A stretch of DNA of 64,000 bases from an uncultured Pseudoduganella sp. (lineage in GTDB: Bacteria > Pseudomonadota > Gammaproteobacteria > Burkholderiales > Burkholderiaceae_D), in NCBI GenBank assembly GCA_966211685.1, contig CBIHOX010000011.1, positions 7,649 to 71,648 of the forward strand. Direction: 5' to 3'. A program made the position numbers and the translations under genes. Of this stretch, positions 1 through 10,004 are shown one piece after another. The notes under the pieces are model-generated. The model saw only the letters and a list, made by a program, of their open reading frames with translations. It was not told the origin of the DNA and did no database searches. Position 1 is the first letter of the stretch. The number at the start of each line of letters is the position of its first letter.

Positions 1-1257
1 GAACAATTCAATATCCTGCGGCAGGTAACCGATGTGCGGGCCCAGCTCGTCCTTGTTCCAGTGGAAGATGTCGGCGCCGTCCAGGCGCACCTTGCCGCTT
101 TGCGCCGGCCAGATGCCCACCATCAGGCGTGCCAAGGTGGATTTGCCGGAACCGCTGGGGCCGATCACGCCCAGCACGTCGCCGGGATTGATGGCGAACG
201 TCAGGTTTTTCAACAACACGGTCTTGGAACCCGGCGGCGCCGCCACCACGGCTTCCACCGACAGCTTGCCGGTCGGCTTTGGCAATTCCATGCCGGCTTC
301 GCGCGGCGGGTTGTCTTTCAACAGCGCGGTCAGGCGTTCGTAAGCGCTGCGGGTGGTGGCATAACTCTTCCAGACAGAAATCACTTGCTGTACCGGCGCC
401 AGCGCGCGGCCCACGAGGATCGACGCGGCAATCATCATGCCCGGGGAAATCTTCGCTTCCAGCACCAGCAGTGCGCCAAAGCCCAGCACCAGCGATTGCA
501 GCGATACTTGCACGAATTTCGTGATGGCGCCCACCAGGCCGGCTTTTTCACTGGCTTCGGCTTGCAGGTGCAGGAATTTGCCGTGCAGTTTGAACCAGCG
601 GTTCATCAGGTTCGGCAGCATGCCCATCGATTCGATGACTTCGGCGTTGCGCAGGTTGTTGGTCGCCAGGTTGCTCGAGGCGATCATCATGGAGTTGGCT
701 TCGCCCAGCGGCTTGCGCGACACGCGTTCATTCACGTACGCCAGCACCACCAGGATGGCCGTGCCGCACAGCGAGAACACGCCCAGGCCCGGTTCGAACA
801 GGAAAATCACGATCAGGTAAATCGGGAACCATGGCGCGTCGAAGAACGCGAACAGCGCGTTACCGGTCAGGAACTGGCGGATGCTTGTCAAGTCCTGCAG
901 CGCCTGGCCGGCGTTGACGCCGCCGCGGCGCAGGTTGTGCTCGAACGCGGCGCTGTACACACGGCGGTTCAGCGCCATGTCGAACTTCGCGCCCACCCGC
1001 ACCAGCACGAAACTGCGGATCAATTCCAACGCCCCCATGAACAGGTACGCGCCCAGCATCATCAGCGTCAGCATCAGCAGCGTGATTTCATTTTGGCTGG
1101 CCAGCACGCGGTCGTATACCTGCAACATGTACAGCGACGGCGTCAGCATCAGCAGGTTGGTGATCGCACTGAACACGCCGACTGTATAAAACGTCTTCTT
1201 GAAAGCACGCAGCACCTGCGCGATTTCATTGTTTGCATCCGCAAATGGATTTTTCAT
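1..1257 (-). CDS. prtD: Type I secretion system ABC permease/ATPase, PrtD/AprD/RsaD family (5' part; runs off the left edge)
   Basis: Translated by hand from ATG at 1257: MKNPFADANNEIAQVLRAFKKTFYTVGVFSAITNLLMLTPSLYMLQVYDRVLASQ..., then FFDAPWFPIY, GRALAPV, Walker A GPSGSGKSTLARL and GYLPQDIELF. Open for 419 codons to the edge; absent from the ORF track because it has no stop in the window. Confidence 0.95.
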   Translation of the reverse strand, partial: MKNPFADANNEIAQVLRAFKKTFYTVGVFSAITNLLMLTPSLYMLQVYDRVLASQNEITLLMLTLMMLGAYLFMGALELIRSFVLVRVGAKFDMALNRRVYSAAFEHNLRRGGVNAGQALQDLTSIRQFLTGNALFAFFDAPWFPIYLIVIFLFEPGLGVFSLCGTAILVVLAYVNERVSRKPLGEANSMMIASSNLATNNLRNAEVIESMGMLPNLMNRWFKLHGKFLHLQAEASEKAGLVGAITKFVQVSLQSLVLGFGALLVLEAKISPGMMIAASILVGRALAPVQQVISVWKSYATTRSAYERLTALLKDNPPREAGMELPKPTGKLSVEAVVAAPPGSKTVLLKNLTFAINPGDVLGVIGPSGSGKSTLARLMVGIWPAQSGKVRLDGADIFHWNKDELGPHIGYLPQDIELF

Positions 1258-1393
1258 GTAATTTATCTTGCAAAGGACATCGGGATACCAGCGGCGATGG
1301 CGCGCGGCGGAGCGCCTGCCATCATCGTTGCAGAGAGGAAATGCGGGCATTTCACATAAGGTCGAGACATTATGCCCGAAAACCGGCAAAGAA

Positions 1394-1409
1394 TGTGATG
1401 TACGTCACA
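1394..1409. promoter_or_regulatory. Perfect CRP-type box TGTGA-TGTACG-TCACA upstream of prtD
   Basis: Sequence aaTGTGAtgtacgTCACAtttt with AT-rich flanks. On the minus strand a -10-like CATAAT (1374-1369) / TAATGT (1372-1367) lies at class II spacing from the box centre. Confidence 0.8.
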
Positions 1410-1483
1410 TTTTTTAGTGCCCGGCGCCCACCAACTTGTTGCAAGTTGTAATTTGGAGTGATTTGTTACTATGCACCAGCCTT

Positions 1484-1568
1484 GTAGGCCGGATTAGCGC
1501 AGCGTAATCCGGCGTCTGGCGCCAGCGCCTGCCACAGCGCCCGCGTGGCGGATCACGATCCGCCACGC
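1484..1568. repeat. GTAG-type REP plus second hairpin (BIME-like unit)
   Basis: GTAGgccggattagcgcagcgtaatccggc (1484-1513) followed by gcgtggcggatcacgatccgccacgc (1543-1568). The whole unit recurs inverted at 35507-35591. Confidence 0.8.
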
Positions 1569-1592
1569 GTCACAACAGGCATACCATCGGGT

Positions 1593-4500
1593 TCAGGCAA
1601 CAAACAAATCGTAGCTGACCCCGCCCCCGATGACTGCAGCCAGCGTCTGCTGGTTTTCCGGGCTTTCACTGAACGCGGCCAGCACGTCCGAAACGGGCGC
1701 CAGTTTCTTGTTCAGCACATCCAGCCAGAAGGCATATCCGCCCTGTTCCGGCGCACGGTGCAAAACATTGTTGTACAGGCGCGTGACCAGTTCTTCATTG
1801 GTCGGGCTGGCGCCGTACAGGGCCTTGAATTCCGGCGAATTCACAAAGCCGGCCGCCACCGCGCCTTGCGTGACGCCATTGTCCATCATGGCGATCCAGA
1901 AGCCCAGGCCGGTGGCGTCGGGCGCGCGGTCGAACGCGGCCTGGTACATGCGGTACGCCTGGCCGGCAATACCGCTGGCGTCGGTATCGAACGCCATGGC
2001 GGCCTTGTCGTCGAACACCAGGCGCTCGACATTGGCCAGCACATCCTTGCCGTCCGCGCCTTTGTCCACGGTCAGGCCGCCGTTGCCGTCAGGCAGGACC
2101 GTAAAGGCGCTGCGCGCGCCCTGGTAGCGCACCGTATCGAGTCCGGCGCCGCCGTCGAACACGTCGTTGCCCGCGCTGCCGGCCAGGGTGTCGTTGCCGC
2201 TGCCGGCCAGCAGGTTGTCGCTGCCCGCCGTGCCACTGATCTTGCCGGACTGCACGGCCGGTTCATTGCGCGTGGTGAAATCATACGCATCGGTTGCCAG
2301 GTTGCCGTTGCCGGCCTGGTCGAGAATCACGCCGGCCGGCACCACCAGCTTGTAATGTGTGTTGCTCTTCAATGGCGCCGTCGGGTCGATGGTGACCGTG
2401 CCACCATTGATCGTGATGCGGTCGCTGGTGGCGACGTTGAAGCGTTCCACCAAGGTGCCATTGTCCAGCACGAGGTCGACCATCCCGGCGCCGCGCACGA
2501 CGGGATCGGAAAACACCACGGTGATGTTACTGTTCAGTGCTGCATTGAGCGCGCCATCTTCGGGTGTCACCGAGACCACTTCCAGCCCCTTGGCTTCGGT
2601 GGTGAAGTTGTACGCGTCGGTCGCGTCGATGCCGTTGCCAGCCAGGTCGACCACGGCTCCGGCCGGCACCACCATATGGTAATGCGTGCCCGGCTGCAAG
2701 TTCGCGGAAGGATCGATGGTCACCACGACGCCATTGACTGTCACGCGCTGGCTGGTCGCGATATTGAAGCTTTCCACCACGGTGCCGTCATCGAGCGCCA
2801 GCTGGACGATGCCTGTGCCGCGCTTGACGGGCTCCGAGAAGATCACCGTGATATTGGAATCGACGGCAACATCGGCGGCGCCATTGTCGGGGAAGATCGA
2901 AGACAGGTCGGGGCCCGAACTGTCGTTGTTGGTGACGCTGACCGTATACGCGCCGGTGGTGCTGTTCATGCCGCTGGCCGCCACATAATATGTGCCGCCC
3001 GTGATTGCCTTGTAGGTCAGGCTGGCATTAACACCGCCGCCACCATCGTCATTGCTGTCCATCAAGGAAGCGACATTGTTATACAGGCGCAGCAGTGGAT
3101 CGAGCGTGCTGCCGCTGGCGGCTTTCACGTTGATGGTATAAGTTGCGCCGGCCGCCAGGGTCACCGCGAACCAGTCGCTGTCGCCAACCGCTTCCACGTT
3201 GCCCTGCGCCGTGCCGCCGACGGTGGCCTTGCCGGTGGTGACCGTGCTGGCGGCAAAATCGTCAACCCCGGCCGTCAGCGTGGCCGCCACGGTATAGCCG
3301 CCAGTGCTGCCGTTGAGGTTACCTGCCGAGACGTAATAGGTACCGGCAGCGGTCGCCTTGAACGACAGTTGCGACGAACCATTGAGCCCCCCGTTACCAG
3401 TGGACAACAGCGTGCCGGCGCTGTTGTACAACTTTATCTGCGACGACAGCAGGTTGCCGCTGAACGGCGTCTGGTCGAAGCGGTAAGTCGAGCCCGATGC
3501 CAGTGTCACGGCAAACCAGTCCGTGTCCGCCGAGGTTTCGATTTTGCCGGTCGTGAAGCTGTCAATGGCCAGCTTGCCGGTGGTGGCCGTGGTGGCGGCA
3601 AAATCATCGGCGAAGCCGACCTGGAAGGCCGACACGCGGTAGCTGCCGGTGCTGGTATTGGAAGCGCCGGCCGACACATAGTAAGTGCCGCCCACGGCCG
3701 GCTTGTACGACACTTGCGACGCGCCGCCCTCCGTCGAGGCGCCGGTGGCCAGCAGGCTGCCGAAACTGTTGTAGATTTTCACCTGCGAGCTCAGCGCGCT
3801 GCCGGTGGCCGGGAACTGGTCGAAACGGTAATTCGTGTCGGCCTTGAGGGTAATGGCGAACCAGTCCTTGTCGCCGGACGTTTCCACCTTGCCGGTCACG
3901 CTGCCGTTCACCGCAAGCTTGCCGGTGGTGCCGGTGCCGGCCAGGTAATCATCGACGCCGGCAGCCACTTTGGCGGCCACGCTGTAGCTGCCGATGCTGC
4001 TGTTGAGCGATCCGGCCGACACGAAATACGTGCCGCCGGCAGTCGGGGTATAGGTCAGTTGCGACGCATTGCCGGCCGTGGCCACGCCGGTCGCCAGCAG
4101 GCCGCCAAAGCTGTTATAGATTTTCACCTGCGAGCTCAAGGCGCTGCCGGCGGCCGGCAACTGGTCGAAACGGTAGGTCGTGCCGGCCGTTAAGGCGACG
4201 GCAAACCAGTCCGCATCGCCCGACGTTTCCACCCTGCCTGAAGTGCTGCTGCCCACCGCCAGCTTGCCGGTGGTGCCGATGCCCGCCGCATAATCGTCGG
4301 CCGGGGCGCCCAGCTTGGTGAGGTCGACCACCTTGTCGCTGAACGAGGCGAATTCGATATTGCTCAGGGTATCGGTACCGCCGGCACTGACCACCGTGAA
4401 TTTATTGGTGGTGGGATTGTAGGTAATGGTGGCGCTGGTGGAGGTGCCGCTGAAGGAGGCGGTATCGACGCCCTCGCCGCCGTCCAGCGTATCGTTGCCC

Positions 4501-5564
4501 GCGCCGCCTGTCAGGTTGTTGTTGGCGCTGTTGCCGATCAGCGTATCGTTGCCGCTGCCGCCAATCGCGTTTTCTATGATGCAGCCGAATGCAATGCCGA
4601 GGTTGTCGGTGCCGTCATAGGTGGGCTTGGTGGCGCCATTGCTGAAGTCAAAGCCTGCCGTCGAGGCCGATTCGATGGTGATCCTGGAATAATGGCCGGG
4701 CTGCAAGTCGATGATGCAGCCTTTCGTGAAGTTCGACACGGAAATCGTATCGGTGCCGCCCGCATCCCAGATGGTGCGCATGAACGGCGTGGCGGGATCG
4801 AAGGTGTAGGTATCGCTGCCGGTTTTGTAGGATGTATTGGCGCCATACAGGTATTGCATGGCGGCGATATCGTAGACCATCGGCGACTCGGCCTCGATCT
4901 TGCGGGTCTCGTAGCCGCCGCTGGCGTTGATGAAGCCAAACAGGCTGTGCGCCCCGTCGGTATAGGACATCACCGTGAACTGTTCGGTATCCTGGCCGGC
5001 CGGCAGCGCCGGGGCCGGTTCGCCGAACGGGTGCTTGAAGCCCAGCGCATGGCCGAGTTCGTGGATCAGCGTGCTGTAATTCTGCGATCCCACCGCCCAG
5101 CTGCCATTGTACAGTTCGCTCTTATTGGCATTGAACCAGATATCGCCGCCGTTGGGCTCGACACTGTCCGGCGTCGAGCCCCAGGCCAGGGTGTCGCCCG
5201 TCAATGCGGACGACCAGGCCAGGCGGATGTCCCCCACCGTGGTGCTGTTGTCGACCGATTTCACGAACGTCAGGTTGGCCACCGCACTCCAGCTCTGCAA
5301 CGCCGCCACGGCGGCCGCCTGCTGGGTCGCATTGAACGCAAAATGCTTGGTGGCAAGATGTTCCTGCGCATCGGAATATTGGCTGCTGCCATTCGCCCCG
5401 AAGAAACTGGCAGCGCCGCCGTCGGCCCACGGAAAACTGTACGTCAGCGTCACGCCGGTGCCCAAGGCCCCGCCCCATTTATGCCCCTCGAGCAACGCAT
5501 TGATCAGTAACTGGGAACTTTTGGCAACACTGGTGGCAGTGCCGGCAGCGGTGGGCGATGGCAT
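1593..5564 (-). CDS. Serralysin-like M10B metalloprotease P1: catalytic domain, RTX, 4 PPC-like repeats, 2 Ig-like (Big_5/SbsA-like) domains, RTX, C-terminal DUF4214-type domain
   Basis: HELGHALGFKH zinc motif, Met-turn TVMSY, DIAAMQYLYGAN, GGxGxD repeats, four DD(Y/F)xAxxxTTGK...DWFAV repeats, C-terminal QAYRMYQAAFDRAPD...FVNSPEF...FSESPEN. No signal peptide. Start moved to MPSP (5564) to match the paralogs. Confidence 0.9.
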   Translation of the reverse strand: MPSPTAAGTATSVAKSSQLLINALLEGHKWGGALGTGVTLTYSFPWADGGAASFFGANGSSQYSDAQEHLATKHFAFNATQQAAAVAALQSWSAVANLTFVKSVDNSTTVGDIRLAWSSALTGDTLAWGSTPDSVEPNGGDIWFNANKSELYNGSWAVGSQNYSTLIHELGHALGFKHPFGEPAPALPAGQDTEQFTVMSYTDGAHSLFGFINASGGYETRKIEAESPMVYDIAAMQYLYGANTSYKTGSDTYTFDPATPFMRTIWDAGGTDTISVSNFTKGCIIDLQPGHYSRITIESASTAGFDFSNGATKPTYDGTDNLGIAFGCIIENAIGGSGNDTLIGNSANNNLTGGAGNDTLDGGEGVDTASFSGTSTSATITYNPTTNKFTVVSAGGTDTLSNIEFASFSDKVVDLTKLGAPADDYAAGIGTTGKLAVGSSTSGRVETSGDADWFAVALTAGTTYRFDQLPAAGSALSSQVKIYNSFGGLLATGVATAGNASQLTYTPTAGGTYFVSAGSLNSSIGSYSVAAKVAAGVDDYLAGTGTTGKLAVNGSVTGKVETSGDKDWFAITLKADTNYRFDQFPATGSALSSQVKIYNSFGSLLATGASTEGGASQVSYKPAVGGTYYVSAGASNTSTGSYRVSAFQVGFADDFAATTATTGKLAIDSFTTGKIETSADTDWFAVTLASGSTYRFDQTPFSGNLLSSQIKLYNSAGTLLSTGNGGLNGSSQLSFKATAAGTYYVSAGNLNGSTGGYTVAATLTAGVDDFAASTVTTGKATVGGTAQGNVEAVGDSDWFAVTLAAGATYTINVKAASGSTLDPLLRLYNNVASLMDSNDDGGGGVNASLTYKAITGGTYYVAASGMNSTTGAYTVSVTNNDSSGPDLSSIFPDNGAADVAVDSNITVIFSEPVKRGTGIVQLALDDGTVVESFNIATSQRVTVNGVVVTIDPSANLQPGTHYHMVVPAGAVVDLAGNGIDATDAYNFTTEAKGLEVVSVTPEDGALNAALNSNITVVFSDPVVRGAGMVDLVLDNGTLVERFNVATSDRITINGGTVTIDPTAPLKSNTHYKLVVPAGVILDQAGNGNLATDAYDFTTRNEPAVQSGKISGTAGSDNLLAGSGNDTLAGSAGNDVFDGGAGLDTVRYQGARSAFTVLPDGNGGLTVDKGADGKDVLANVERLVFDDKAAMAFDTDASGIAGQAYRMYQAAFDRAPDATGLGFWIAMMDNGVTQGAVAAGFVNSPEFKALYGASPTNEELVTRLYNNVLHRAPEQGGYAFWLDVLNKKLAPVSDVLAAFSESPENQQTLAAVIGGGVSYDLFVA

Positions 5565-5716
5565 GGTTGTCTCCGGAAGAAAGGCAAGAAGTTTGTCCTG
5601 AACGATGGATTGTACGTGAAATATTACCAACAATCAGTAGCAATATATCCACAGTAACTAAAATTCCACCGCCCTGCCCCGTCCCGTTCTACAGCCCGCT
5701 GCTCTCCGCCAGACTG

Positions 5717-8700
5717 CTAGCCGCCATACGGCTGATAACCGAAGCCGCTGCCGATTACCGCCACCATGTTGTCCTGGTTTTCCGGGCTTTCGCTGAACGC
5801 GGCCAGCACGGCCGGCACCGTGGCCAGTTTGTTGTCGAGCACATTGAGCCAGAATGCGATGCCGCCACTGTCGGGCGCGCGGTGCAGCACGTTCTTGTAC
5901 ATGCGCGTCACCAATTCTTCATTGGTGGGGCTGGCGCCATATAACTGCTGGAATTCCGGGGAATTGACAAAGGCGGCAGCGACGTCTTGCCGGGTCACGC
6001 CGTTGTCCATCATGCTGATCCAGAAACCGAGGCCGGTGGCGTCCGGCGTGCGGTCGAACGCGGCCTGGTACATGCGGTAAGCCTGGCCGGCAATGCCGCC
6101 GGCCCCGGTATCGAAGGCCATCGCGCCATCGTTGAACAACAGCCGCTCCACGTTGGTGAGCACATCCTTGCCGGCCGCGCCCTTGTCCACCGTGACCACC
6201 ATGGCAGCGCCGCCGCCCTCGGCCTGCGCCGTGAAGGCGGCGCGCGCGCCCTGGTAGCGCACCGTATCGAGCCCGGCGCCGCCATCGAACAGATCGTTGC
6301 CGGCGCTGCCCGCCAGCGTATCGTTGCCGCTGCCGGCCAGCACGTCATCGCTGCCGGCAGTGCCGGCATAGGTTCCGGGCTGGTTCGATGGCGCGCCGCG
6401 CGTGGTGAAATCGTAGCCATCGATTCCCGCAATGCCGTTGCCGGTCAAATCCGTGATGGCGCCGGCCGGCGTCAACAACCTGTAGTGAGTACCTACTTTC
6501 AATGGCACGGTCGGGTCGATGGTCACCGTGGCGCCATTGATGGCGATGCGCGGGCTGGTGGCGACGTTGAAACTCTCCACCACGGTGCCATCGTCCAGCA
6601 GCAGTTGCACGTTGCCGCTGCCGCGTTTGACGGCTTCGTTGAAGGTGGCCGTCAGGTTGGCGTTCAAGGTCACCCCGGTGGCGCCATCGTCCGGGAATAC
6701 CGACACCAGTTCCGGCGCCGCCGTATCGCCATTGGCGACCGAGACCGTGTAGGCGCCAAGGGTGTTGTTGGCGCCGCTCGCGGCAATGTAATACGTGCCG
6801 CCGGCGGCGGCCTTGAACGACAGGCGCGCATTGAGGCCGCCGCCGCCATCGTCATTGGTGTCGAGCAAAGTGGCGGCATTGTTGTACAAGCGCAGCAATG
6901 GATCGACCAGGCTGCCGGCCGCGCCCTTGACCTCGATGGTGTAGGTGGCGCCGGCCGTCAAGGTGACGGCAAACCAGTCGGCGTCGCCGGCCGATTCGAT
7001 AGTGCCGGCCGTCGCGCCGCCCACCGTGACCTTGCCGTTGGTGGCCGTGGTGGCGCTGAAATCATCGGTGACCTGCACTGCGGCAGCCAGCGCGTACGCG
7101 CCCGTGCTGGTATTGCCGGCCCCGGCGGAGACGTAATACGTGCCGGCGGTCGTGGCCTTGTACGTCAGTTGCGATGTGCCGCCGGTGCCGGCCGCGCCGG
7201 TGGCCAGCACCGTACCGGCGCTGTTGAAGATCTTGATTTGCGAGCTGAGCTGGCTACCCTGGGCCGGGGCCAGGTCGAAGCGGTAGGACGTGCCGGCCGC
7301 CAGGGTCACGGCGAACCAGTCGCTGTCGCCGGACGTTTCCACGGTGCCCGTGGCGCTGGAACCGATGGCCAGCTTGCCGGTGGTGGCCGTGGTGGCCGTG
7401 TAATCGTCGGCAATCACCACTTGCGCCACCGCCACGCTGTATGCTCCGGTGCTGGCGCCGTTGCCGCTGTCGGCCGCCGCGGCCGAGACGTAATACGTAC
7501 CGGTGGCGGTGGCCTTGTAGGTCAGGCTGCCATTGCCGCCGCCTCCGCCATTGTCATCGGTGGCTTGCAGCGCGCCGGCGCTGTTATACAGGCGTAAGAG
7601 CGGATCGAGCTGGCTGCCGCCGGCCGCGTTCAGGGTAATCGTGTACGTGGCGCCGGCCGTGAGGGTCACGGCGAACCAGTCCGCGTCGCCCGGCGTTTCC
7701 ACGTTGCCGGTGGCGCTGGCGCCCACGGTCACCTTGCCGGTGGTGGCGCTGGTGGCGGTGTAATCGTCGGTCGCGACCAGCGCCGCGGCCACGCTGTAGG
7801 CGCCGGTGGCCGCGCCCGTGGCCACGCCAGTGGCGGCCGAAGCCGCCACGTAATACGTGCCGGCCGTGGTGGTCTTGTACGACAATTGCGACGCGCCGCC
7901 GGCGGCCGTGCCGCTCGCTTGCAGCTGGCCCGCGCTGTTGTAGATTTTGACTTGCGGCGACAGCGTGCTGGCGCCGGCCGGCGCCACGTCGAAGCGGTAG
8001 GTGGTATTGGCCGCCAGGGTAATGGCAAACCAGTCGGCGTCGCCCGAGGTTTCCACGCTGCCGGTGGCGCTCGAACCTACCGCCAGCCTGCCGCCGGTGG
8101 CGGTGGTGGCGGTATAGTCGTCTGCCGCCACCGTGAGCGTGGCCGCCACGCTGTAGCTGCCGGTGCTGTTGCTGGTGCCGCCGGCCGACACATAATACGT
8201 GCCGGCCGTGCTTGCCTTGTACGACAGTTGCGATGCGCCGCCGGCCGCGCTGGTCCCGGTGGCCAGCAAACTGCCGCTGCCGCCATAGATGCGCACTTGC
8301 GAGGTCAACGCACTGCCGGTCACCGGCGCCAGGTCGAAACGGTAAGTCGCGCCGGCCGCCAGGGTCACGGCAAACCAGTCGGTGTCTCCCGCTGTTTCCA
8401 CGCTGCCGGTGGCGCTGGCGCCGACCACGAGCTTGCCGGCGGTGGCGGTGGTGGCCGTGTAATCGTCGCCAACGCCGCCCAAGGTGCTCAAGTCCACGGT
8501 CTTGTCGGAAAACGAGGCGAATTCGATATTGCCCAGGATATCGGTGCCGCCGCCGGCCGTCACCACGGTGACCTTGCGCGTGGCCGCGTTGTAGGTGAGC
8601 GTGGCGGCGCCCGCCAGGCCGGAAAACACGGCAGTATCGGTACCGGCGCCGCCATCGAGCGTATCGTTGCCGGCGCCGCCGGCCAGGCTGTTGTTGGCGT

Positions 8701-9742
8701 CATTGCCAATCAGCGTGTCGTTGCCGCTGCCGCCGATGGCATTCTCAATGATGCAGCCAAAGGCGATGCCGAGGTTGTCGGTGCCGTCATAATTGGGCAG
8801 GTCGCCGCCGCTGAAATTGAAGCCGTCGGTGGAGGCCGATTCTATCGTGATCTTGGAATAATGGCCGGGCTGCAAATCAATGATGCAACCCTTGGTGAAG
8901 TTCGACACCGAGATGGTATCGGCGCCGCCCGCATCCCAGATGGTGCGCATGAATGGCGAGGCCGGGTCGAACGTATAGGTATCGTTGCCGGTCCTGTACG
9001 ACGTGTTGGCCCCGTACAGGTACTGGATGGCGGCAATGTCGTCGACCATCGGCGTTTCCGGCACGATCGATTGCAGGTGGTAGGTCTCGCTGTTGCCGGA
9101 GGCGATGATCGAGCCGAACAGGCTGTGCGCGCCATCGGTATACGACATCACCGTGTATTGCCGCGTATCCTGCGCCCCGGTCAGGACCGGCGTGTCGGAA
9201 AACGAGTGTTTCAAGCCCAGCGCATGGCCGATTTCATGGATCAGCGAATAAAAATCGTAATCGCCCGCATTCCAGCCGCCATTGACCACCGAGGCCAGGC
9301 CGGCGTTGAACCAGATGTCGCCGCCGCTGGGAAAGACATTGTCCGGATAGCCGGCCCACGCGGCAGCTTCGGACGGCAGTGCGGACGACCAGGCAAAGCG
9401 CACGTCGCCCACGCTGGCGCCGGTGTCGGCGGTCGTCGTGAAGGTGACGTTGGCCACCGAGGCCCAGGTTTGCAGCGCGGCCGTCGCCGCCGCTTGCTGG
9501 ATGGCGTTGAAGCCATAGTGCTGGGGCGCTTCGAATTCCTGCGCCGTGGAGTAATCCGAACTGCTGCCGGTCGGCCCCAGGAAGGTCGCGCTGTCGGAAG
9601 CGGCCCACGGGAAGCTGTACGTCAGCGTGGCGCCCGTTCCCAGCGCCCCGCCCCACTTCATGCCGGCCAGCAGGGCGTTGATGATCAATTGGGAACTGTT
9701 GGCGACGTTGGTGATCGTGCCCGCGGTGCTGGGGGATGGCAT
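5717..9742 (-). CDS. Serralysin-like metalloprotease P2: 5 PPC-like repeats, 1 Ig-like domain, C-terminal DUF4214-type domain
   Basis: HEIGHALGLKH, TVMSY, RTX nonapeptides, five DD(Y/F)xATxAT repeats, same C-terminal domain. Start moved to MPSP (9742). Confidence 0.9.
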   Translation of the reverse strand: MPSPSTAGTITNVANSSQLIINALLAGMKWGGALGTGATLTYSFPWAASDSATFLGPTGSSSDYSTAQEFEAPQHYGFNAIQQAAATAALQTWASVANVTFTTTADTGASVGDVRFAWSSALPSEAAAWAGYPDNVFPSGGDIWFNAGLASVVNGGWNAGDYDFYSLIHEIGHALGLKHSFSDTPVLTGAQDTRQYTVMSYTDGAHSLFGSIIASGNSETYHLQSIVPETPMVDDIAAIQYLYGANTSYRTGNDTYTFDPASPFMRTIWDAGGADTISVSNFTKGCIIDLQPGHYSKITIESASTDGFNFSGGDLPNYDGTDNLGIAFGCIIENAIGGSGNDTLIGNDANNSLAGGAGNDTLDGGAGTDTAVFSGLAGAATLTYNAATRKVTVVTAGGGTDILGNIEFASFSDKTVDLSTLGGVGDDYTATTATAGKLVVGASATGSVETAGDTDWFAVTLAAGATYRFDLAPVTGSALTSQVRIYGGSGSLLATGTSAAGGASQLSYKASTAGTYYVSAGGTSNSTGSYSVAATLTVAADDYTATTATGGRLAVGSSATGSVETSGDADWFAITLAANTTYRFDVAPAGASTLSPQVKIYNSAGQLQASGTAAGGASQLSYKTTTAGTYYVAASAATGVATGAATGAYSVAAALVATDDYTATSATTGKVTVGASATGNVETPGDADWFAVTLTAGATYTITLNAAGGSQLDPLLRLYNSAGALQATDDNGGGGGNGSLTYKATATGTYYVSAAAADSGNGASTGAYSVAVAQVVIADDYTATTATTGKLAIGSSATGTVETSGDSDWFAVTLAAGTSYRFDLAPAQGSQLSSQIKIFNSAGTVLATGAAGTGGTSQLTYKATTAGTYYVSAGAGNTSTGAYALAAAVQVTDDFSATTATNGKVTVGGATAGTIESAGDADWFAVTLTAGATYTIEVKGAAGSLVDPLLRLYNNAATLLDTNDDGGGGLNARLSFKAAAGGTYYIAASGANNTLGAYTVSVANGDTAAPELVSVFPDDGATGVTLNANLTATFNEAVKRGSGNVQLLLDDGTVVESFNVATSPRIAINGATVTIDPTVPLKVGTHYRLLTPAGAITDLTGNGIAGIDGYDFTTRGAPSNQPGTYAGTAGSDDVLAGSGNDTLAGSAGNDLFDGGAGLDTVRYQGARAAFTAQAEGGGAAMVVTVDKGAAGKDVLTNVERLLFNDGAMAFDTGAGGIAGQAYRMYQAAFDRTPDATGLGFWISMMDNGVTRQDVAAAFVNSPEFQQLYGASPTNEELVTRMYKNVLHRAPDSGGIAFWLNVLDNKLATVPAVLAAFSESPENQDNMVAVIGSGFGYQPYGG

Positions 9743-9806
9743 GGAAACTCCGCTGAAAGATACTGGCCGGCTAGTAGTTACGCAAAATTTACCGTCAATG
9801 CCTGCT

Positions 9807-9894
9807 GTAGGCGGATTAGCGCGAAGCGCGTAATCCGCCACGCATGCGTGCCCGTGGCCTGCCTGCCGGATTACGCTGCGCTAATCCGGCCTAC
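9807..9894. repeat. Inverted pair of GTAG REPs
   Basis: GTAGgcggattagcgcgaagcgcgtaatccgcc (9807-9839) and gccggattacgctgcgctaatccggcCTAC (9865-9894); the second is the exact reverse complement of 1484-1513. Confidence 0.85.
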
Positions 9895-10004
9895 ATCGCT
9901 TTCCCTGGACGCACACGGGAATTTATGCGCAGCTATTTCGCTGTTGTTGGGCAACATTGTACGCACAAGGCGGGCCCCTGTGCTCGCCGGAATGCGGGGG
10001 TCCG

